Below are positions 55,879-61,337 of a stretch of DNA of 61,337 bases, one piece after another. The position numbers were made by a program, and so were the translations under genes. Each line of letters starts with the position of its first letter. Position 1 is the stretch's first letter. The stretch comes from an uncultured Clostridia bacterium (GTDB taxonomy: Bacteria > Acidobacteriota > Aminicenantia > UBA2199): contig CAZLSH010000003.1 in assembly GCA_964562095.1 (NCBI GenBank), forward strand, positions 1 to 61,337, given 5' to 3'. The notes below the pieces were generated by a model, which was given only the letters and a program-made list of their open reading frames with translations, searched no databases and had not been told where the DNA came from.

Positions 55879-58800
55879 TTACTCCCTGACCTCGATCGTC
55901 TGGATGGCGGTGCGGCCGAAGTACTGGGGATGGTACATGCCCTGGGCCACGGTGGGCATCCAGGTGTAGCGGCCCGCGTAAAGGGCTTTGATGAAATAGA
56001 CAATGCGCATCCGTCCCTGCAGCATGTAGGTGTAGAAAACCAGGCGGTCGGCGGCGTTCTCCTGGCGCACCCATGGCGCGCGATGGGTGTTGTTGTTCAA
56101 GGTGTTGAATTCCTTCAGGGAGCGGGTGGAGGCGATGTCCTGGCGCAGCAGCTCGAAACCGGCGGCCAGCGGTTCGTCGATGACGCCATAGGGAACTTCC
56201 TTGTCGGACTTGACCAGCAGTTCCACCATGTAGGTCTGCCCGCGCAGGAAAGCGGTGACCGACTCCCCTTTTTCGTTATAGACGTTGCGCCGGATGTCAA
56301 TGCCGCGGCTCTTCTTGCCGGCCTTGGACAGCTTCCAGGTCAGTTCGCTGGTGACGTAGACGGGCTGGTCGGCCGTAACCAGCACCTCGATCCGTTTGTT
56401 GGTGTCTGTGATCGTTTTTTGTACCTGCAATGCATCGCGGCGGTTGGCGAACTCCCTGGCTGACTTTTCCCCCAGCAATGTGATCTCGGCCCGGCTCGCC
56501 GTAATTTTTTCCACCTGCTTAAGGTATTCGTCCATAGCGCATAGGATCCAGAAATTGGTCTGGGTCGTGTTCCAGCAATGGGGCTCGGCTTCGAGGAGCC
56601 AGTTGATGATGCGCTCGGCCAGCACGTGGCCCTTCTCCACCTCGAGAACGGCCTGCAGCAGCAACGCCGTGGCGAAGCGCGAGGAATAGAACGGGAAATC
56701 GCGGTGGTAGGCGAACTCGCCGGCGTCGAAATAGGCGAAGTCGGCCTCGACCTGCAGGCTGTTGTTGAACTCGGCCAGCATGGTCGCCAATAGTTTGGAC
56801 TCGATCCCCTGGTTGTGCAGGGCGCGGTAGAGGAAGACCCGGGCCGGCAGCGGCAAGGCATCCCTTTCCACGGCCAGTTTTTTCAGTTTTTTCCCGTCGG
56901 CCTCCTTGTGCAGGCTGAGGACAAATTGGAAGAAGCTTTCGCAGGTCTTGTCGAGGCCGGCGCGCTGCAGGTAAGCGGAGAGTTTCTGCACCAGCTGCGG
57001 GTCGACCTTGTAGTCGCGCTCCCGGGCAAGGTGCAACGCCCAGAGCACATAGGCGGTCAGATAATCCGAGGAATACCGGCCGCCGCGGTAGTAGGAGAGG
57101 GCGCCGTCGCTGTTCATGAACTCGGGGATGATCTTCAGGAAGCCCTCGATCTCCGCGCGGATCTGCTCCTGGTCCATGCCCAGCTCCAGCCGCTCGGCCA
57201 ATTGCGGGCTGAGGGCCAGGAAAGGCATGACCTTCGATGTCCGTTGTTCAAGGCATTCGTAAGGGTAGAAAACCAGTTTTTTGGCGATGTTCACCGCAGG
57301 ACGGAGCAAAGATGGGGAGGCCTTGATCGAAATGGACTGCTCCTCGACTTCAGCCTGGGGCGCGATCGTTTTCTTCACGTGCCTGCCGCTGACAAAGTCG
57401 AGCAGGGTCTCGCCGACCAGGCGGTCGGTCACGGGGAGCTTCTTTTCCAGTCCGTCCTTGTCCGCGGCGCTCAGGGCAAAGAATTCAACTTTGGCCTCGC
57501 CGATTCGATCGGCCAGGAACGGAAACTGGAAAAGGTCGTTGCCGCGCGAGTCGAGGATGCCCTCGGTCCTGTCCACACCGCGGATGGCGATCCCCGCCGG
57601 CTTGGCCAATAGGGTAAAAGGAAGCTTCTGCGCCGTGCGATTGCTGAGCTGGGCGCCGGCCGTGAACTCGTCGCCCTGGCGGGCGAACTCGGGCATGGCT
57701 TCCGAGATGAGCAGGTCCTTGCTGACGACGAGCTTCTTTTCGGCGCTGCCGAAGCAGTCCTCGCCGTAGGCCACGGCCATGATGCGGTAGGTGGAAAGCT
57801 GGTCGGAGCTCGTGAAGTCGACGACGGCGTTTCCCGCCTCGTCGGTCTCCACAACCTTGAAGAACAGCACTTCCTTGAAATCGCTGCGCACGCGGATGCC
57901 GGCTATTGCGGCCTCGACTCCGCCGAGCACGCCTCCGATCATTCCGCCTTCAGCCTCATCCCCTTTCATGCGGGCCATGCTCTTCATTTCAGCCGCCATG
58001 GGGGCGGGCATGACCCCGCCGGCGAAACCATTTTCCGGACCGAATTCTTCTGCGGAGTTCCAATATTTGTCAGCTGCGACCGGGATCAACGCCATGTCGC
58101 AGGGGCGGTGGTTGCTGCCGTCAAAATAAATGTCCGACCAGAGAAACGGATGAAATTCCCTGGCTTCGGCCTTGACCGCGTAGCGTCCGGCGGGCAAAGC
58201 GGGGAAAGAATAGTATCCCTGGGAGCTGGTCGTTGTCGTCTTCAGCTTGTTGTGTTTTTCATCCTCGAGGGTGACTGCTGCCCCGGCCAGTGGTGTGGAG
58301 TTGGGACTGAAGACGCACCCGAAAATAGCCGGCGCCTTCAGCGTGATGTCCATAAGGGGACGCTCGAAGTTCCATTGTTTGAAATTCTTTGAATAATAGG
58401 TATGGATCGGGTTTCCCCGCAGGCCGAAATAAGAAAAATATTCATGCGGGTCAGGCGTCCGGTAGTTGCGCAGGGACAGGTTGCCTTCATCAACGGCATA
58501 TACGAAAAGCTTTGTTTTTACCCCTTTTTTTTGGTCGTCACGAACCTTGATCTTCAATCGGGTTTTGCTGGCCGGCTTGATCTCGCCCGGGCTTTCCAGG
58601 TCCACCCGCAGGATCTTGCTGGCATCCTCAACTTTAAACTCCCTGGCGGCCTGCTCGGAGATGTTGTTGTCGTACATGGCGACGATGCTGACGCGGATGG
58701 CCGGCGAATATTCTTTCTTGACCTGGATATCCAATGGCGTCATCTTTTGCAGCGCGATGATCCGGGAATCGAGCACTTTCTCCCTTTCGATGGTCACCAG

Positions 58801-61337
58801 CGCCTGACCCTCCCGGGTGGAATGAATGAAGCATTTCAGCGTGTCGCCGATATGCAGGGTATGTTGATTGGATTCAATCCGCAGTTTGTCGGTCGCTTCG
58901 GAGTAGCCTCCGCCCCAGGCAAAGAAACCGCCCGAGGTCGAAACCACGCGGCCGTTCGCGTCGGGGGTGTCGCAGCGCAGGATATAATGGCCGGCTTCCG
59001 GAACGCGAACCAAGTGGGTTTTGGTTTTGTCCAGAAAAACATCGTCGGGACCGGAAACTTTCCTTAGCAGGCGCTGGTGTTTTTCGTAATATTCCCTGAA
59101 GAGCGTGACGCGGATTTCGCCGGAAGCGGGCTTGCCTTCGAAATCGATCAGGGCCAGTTCGGCATTGATCGGGTTTTTCAGGTTCTGGTAATAGTCGACA
59201 TGGATGCCGGTCAGGAGTTTTCCAGGAAAAAATAGTGACTGGGCCCGGGCGGTGAATTCCTTGCCTTCAGCTGATTTTCCTGTAGCAAAAAAGCCGAGGT
59301 TGGCCAGGAAATTGGTAGCCTTGAAATCGGTCATGGGGATGCTCAAGGTATAGTTGCCGTTCGCATTCAGCTTTTTATCGCCTTTTTGCGGCGGGTCGCT
59401 CTTGGCCAGGTCGCGGTCGAGCCCGAAATTGAAACGCTCCAAGCCGTTCGTCATGAAGACTTTGGCAGCAAGCGGATTCAGTCCGAACCCATAGCCAAAC
59501 GTATCGCCCGCCATGGGATTGCCTGCCAGGTAGGAGCCGCTGACAACAGGGCGGAACGAGTCTTCCGGAAGGTAGTGCTCCGCCACGCCGGAGATCTTCA
59601 TTTCGAAAGTATTCGGCTGGTAGTAATCGATGATCACGCCGTGATGGCCTTGCCAGGTTTTCAGGTCCGCCACTCTGACAATGATCTGGTGGCGGCCTTT
59701 TTTGCCGGCCGGGTCGGACGTGAATTCGTAGTGAAAGCCGCCCCAGCGGTCGAGCTGGAGGGTATCGGTTTTGACCTGTTGCCGGTCGGGACCGAAAATC
59801 TGCAGGGTTGCCGTTGCGGCCTTTGAAGAAAAGATCTTCCCGGCCTTGTATTCCTTGATGATTCCGGCGATATGGACCGTGTCGCCGGGCTTGTAAAAAT
59901 CCCGTTCGCTGAAGACCGTGATCCTGACCTCGCGATCGGATGGCGGCCGACGGTCGATCCTGGCCAGGGCCACATCGCCGTCGCCGGCATTACTGGCCAT
60001 GACCAGGTCGGATTCCTGGATCTCCCTGTCGCTTAGCAGTACGCCGTTTGCGGCCGATTCTCCCAGGGGCAAGGCATCCTTGACATGACCCTTAAGAAAG
60101 AACGGGATATTGCCCTTGCCTTTGCCGCTGCGGTTGTCATAGAGCCAGTACAGGGTCTGACCCTGGCCGGTCTTAATGACCATGTCCATATGGCGACGGT
60201 GGAAAACCTGCATATCCTTGGGCATGGTGGCCGGCAGGCGCATCAGGGCGACGTCGCGGCAAGCATTGTATGGTTCGTAGCTCTGGACCAAAACGCCGAA
60301 AAACCCCAGGGGCGCTCCCAGTTCATGATCCCGCAATGCGGGGTTGTTCGATGTCTCCGGCAGCCCGCTGAATTTTTGCAGGATCTCTTTCTCGATAAAG
60401 TCCGCCTTGAAATCCTTTTGCTGCAACATGCCATATTCCCCGTCAGTCAGCCGGGTATAAAATTCGGGCTTGAGCTTAAACAGGCGGACACTGGCCTGCT
60501 TCATGCTGTTGGCGGTCATGGTTAATTTTTGATCCTGAATGGCAAAATCAAGGCGCGGGGACTGGCTGGAGCAGACTCGGGCTTCGAGTTCCAGGCTCTC
60601 GGGAAGCCTCTCTTTGTAGGTGTTGGTCAGGTTGCGGTCGACTCTTATGTTCAGGCGATCGCCGGAGGCCAGTTTATCGTCGATGGTCATGAACAGGGTA
60701 TTGTTCTCGTAGTGATGGATTTCGAGGTGGAATGCCAGGGGCGTTCTCTCCTTGCCCGAGATTTTGGTTATCGTGATGAGCGCGGGATCCTCTTCAACCA
60801 GCTCGTTGGAGAATGGCAGCCAGACGGTGGGAGCATCGGGAAAGAGGACCAGGGGGTGCTGGCCGGTATAGTGAAAAGAAGGCACGGTGTCGAAGGTGAA
60901 GAAGAAGTCCTTGGCCGTGCCGGTATTCCCCTCGCTGCCGCGAAAGCCTTTTTTAACGATGAACCTGTACGCGGTCCCGCGCTGCAGATCTTTGCCAGGG
61001 CGGACTTCGATCGCATTATCGGCTCTCTGGATCAGTTGTATCTGGATCCGGGTCCCGCTTTTGGCTTCTTTCAGGACCAGGAAATCCCCGGCGTCGGCGA
61101 CGGAAACCGTCTGTTTGAAGTGCAGGGTCAATGAATCCTTCACCCAGACCGGGAAATGCAAATTTTGCCCAGGTGTCAGGTCTGAGTAATAGCCCTGATC
61201 GCCGGCCTTGACCCCGGCGGGATAGGCCTGGGGCGTGCTCCATTGCCAGCGGATCTCCTTGGGCAGCGCTTCACCTGAGAGCGACTTGGTTCCGGCCGGG
61301 ATGACGGCGGTGTAGGTGGTTGAATAACGGAAGCGGG
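55879..61337 (-). CDS. Alpha-2-macroglobulin family protein with thioester motif (5' end outside the window)
   Basis: The track starts it at TTG 61161, but the same frame has no stop up to 61337 (...YSTTYTAVIPAGTKSLSGEALPKEIRWQW...). The thioester motif YPYECLEQ has CLEQ at 57244-57255. Multiple MG-like domains are apparent and the protein exceeds 1800 aa. Confidence 0.9.
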   Translation of the reverse strand, partial: RFRYSTTYTAVIPAGTKSLSGEALPKEIRWQWSTPQAYPAGVKAGDQGYYSDLTPGQNLHFPVWVKDSLTLHFKQTVSVADAGDFLVLKEAKSGTRIQIQLIQRADNAIEVRPGKDLQRGTAYRFIVKKGFRGSEGNTGTAKDFFFTFDTVPSFHYTGQHPLVLFPDAPTVWLPFSNELVEEDPALITITKISGKERTPLAFHLEIHHYENNTLFMTIDDKLASGDRLNIRVDRNLTNTYKERLPESLELEARVCSSQSPRLDFAIQDQKLTMTANSMKQASVRLFKLKPEFYTRLTDGEYGMLQQKDFKADFIEKEILQKFSGLPETSNNPALRDHELGAPLGFFGVLVQSYEPYNACRDVALMRLPATMPKDMQVFHRRHMDMVIKTGQGQTLYWLYDNRSGKGKGNIPFFLKGHVKDALPLGESAANGVLLSDREIQESDLVMASNAGDGDVALARIDRRPPSDREVRITVFSERDFYKPGDTVHIAGIIKEYKAGKIFSSKAATATLQIFGPDRQQVKTDTLQLDRWGGFHYEFTSDPAGKKGRHQIIVRVADLKTWQGHHGVIIDYYQPNTFEMKISGVAEHYLPEDSFRPVVSGSYLAGNPMAGDTFGYGFGLNPLAAKVFMTNGLERFNFGLDRDLAKSDPPQKGDKKLNANGNYTLSIPMTDFKATNFLANLGFFATGKSAEGKEFTARAQSLFFPGKLLTGIHVDYYQNLKNPINAELALIDFEGKPASGEIRVTLFREYYEKHQRLLRKVSGPDDVFLDKTKTHLVRVPEAGHYILRCDTPDANGRVVSTSGGFFAWGGGYSEATDKLRIESNQHTLHIGDTLKCFIHSTREGQALVTIEREKVLDSRIIALQKMTPLDIQVKKEYSPAIRVSIVAMYDNNISEQAAREFKVEDASKILRVDLESPGEIKPASKTRLKIKVRDDQKKGVKTKLFVYAVDEGNLSLRNYRTPDPHEYFSYFGLRGNPIHTYYSKNFKQWNFERPLMDITLKAPAIFGCVFSPNSTPLAGAAVTLEDEKHNKLKTTTTSSQGYYSFPALPAGRYAVKAEAREFHPFLWSDIYFDGSNHRPCDMALIPVAADKYWNSAEEFGPENGFAGGVMPAPMAAEMKSMARMKGDEAEGGMIGGVLGGVEAAIAGIRVRSDFKEVLFFKVVETDEAGNAVVDFTSSDQLSTYRIMAVAYGEDCFGSAEKKLVVSKDLLISEAMPEFARQGDEFTAGAQLSNRTAQKLPFTLLAKPAGIAIRGVDRTEGILDSRGNDLFQFPFLADRIGEAKVEFFALSAADKDGLEKKLPVTDRLVGETLLDFVSGRHVKKTIAPQAEVEEQSISIKASPSLLRPAVNIAKKLVFYPYECLEQRTSKVMPFLALSPQLAERLELGMDQEQIRAEIEGFLKIIPEFMNSDGALSYYRGGRYSSDYLTAYVLWALHLARERDYKVDPQLVQKLSAYLQRAGLDKTCESFFQFVLSLHKEADGKKLKKLAVERDALPLPARVFLYRALHNQGIESKLLATMLAEFNNSLQVEADFAYFDAGEFAYHRDFPFYSSRFATALLLQAVLEVEKGHVLAERIINWLLEAEPHCWNTTQTNFWILCAMDEYLKQVEKITASRAEITLLGEKSAREFANRRDALQVQKTITDTNKRIEVLVTADQPVYVTSELTWKLSKAGKKSRGIDIRRNVYNEKGESVTAFLRGQTYMVELLVKSDKEVPYGVIDEPLAAGFELLRQDIASTRSLKEFNTLNNNTHRAPWVRQENAADRLVFYTYMLQGRMRIVYFIKALYAGRYTWMPTVAQGMYHPQYFGRTAIQTIEVRE

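Noticed and set aside
61159-61161. TTG at 61161 as the start of the alpha-2-macroglobulin gene, as in the ORF track.
   Set aside because: I translated the frame codon by codon up to 61337 and found no stop. The upstream residues (TYTAVIPAGTKSLSGEALPKEIRW) look like genuine A2M N-terminal domain sequence. The gene is 5'-truncated by the window.

Overview
This window is about 61 kb of origin-proximal chromosome from a GC-rich bacterium. GC is roughly 60% by eye, not computed, and the taxon cannot be determined from the window. Sigma-54 regulation, NfnAB and NuoEF-type redox modules suggest an anaerobe. The window holds about 45 tightly packed protein genes. Reading by eye, I found no rRNA, tRNA, CRISPR array, transposase, integrase or recognisable defence genes.

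Gene order, left to right:
- soj/parA (truncated by the window edge) and rsmG, bracketed by two parS palindromes.
- glnA, then dnaA-dnaN-recF-gyrB-gyrA, with TTTTCCACA-type DnaA boxes on both sides of dnaA.
- tatD.
- An uncharacterised cluster: GAF-HD-GYP, two giant PPDK_N-only ATP-grasp proteins, a metallophosphoesterase and a fused nucleotidyltransferase.
- gdhA and clpB.
- A small envelope/sugar block: chalcone-isomerase-like protein, membrane protein, manC, cupin, LD-carboxypeptidase, FGase-family amidohydrolase and a GT4 glycosyltransferase.
- A roughly 10.6 kb putative sigma-54-dependent operon: REC-2xRAM regulator, NuoE-like, NuoF-like, a 1249-aa 2Fe2S-GltD-FeS-degenerate-molybdopterin fusion, a PAS histidine kinase and an NtrC-type activator.
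- Divergent nfnAB.
- truA, a TIGR00725 protein, rpmB, pgpA and rimO.
- A five-gene cluster: IPMDH/IDH-like dehydrogenase, HMG-CoA-lyase-like lyase, family III CoA-transferase and LeuC/LeuD-like dehydratase.
- A membrane protein, a lipoprotein, a secreted 6-blade repeat protein and a 5'-truncated thioester alpha-2-macroglobulin.

The most interesting candidates are the PPDK_N/HD-GYP/NTase module, the self-regulated NuoEF plus Sfr-like fusion operon, and the CoA-dependent LeuBCD-like cluster.

Many long ORFs in the six-frame track are antisense shadow ORFs typical of GC-rich DNA and were rejected. All domain calls rest on motifs I could read in the translations. No database search was run.
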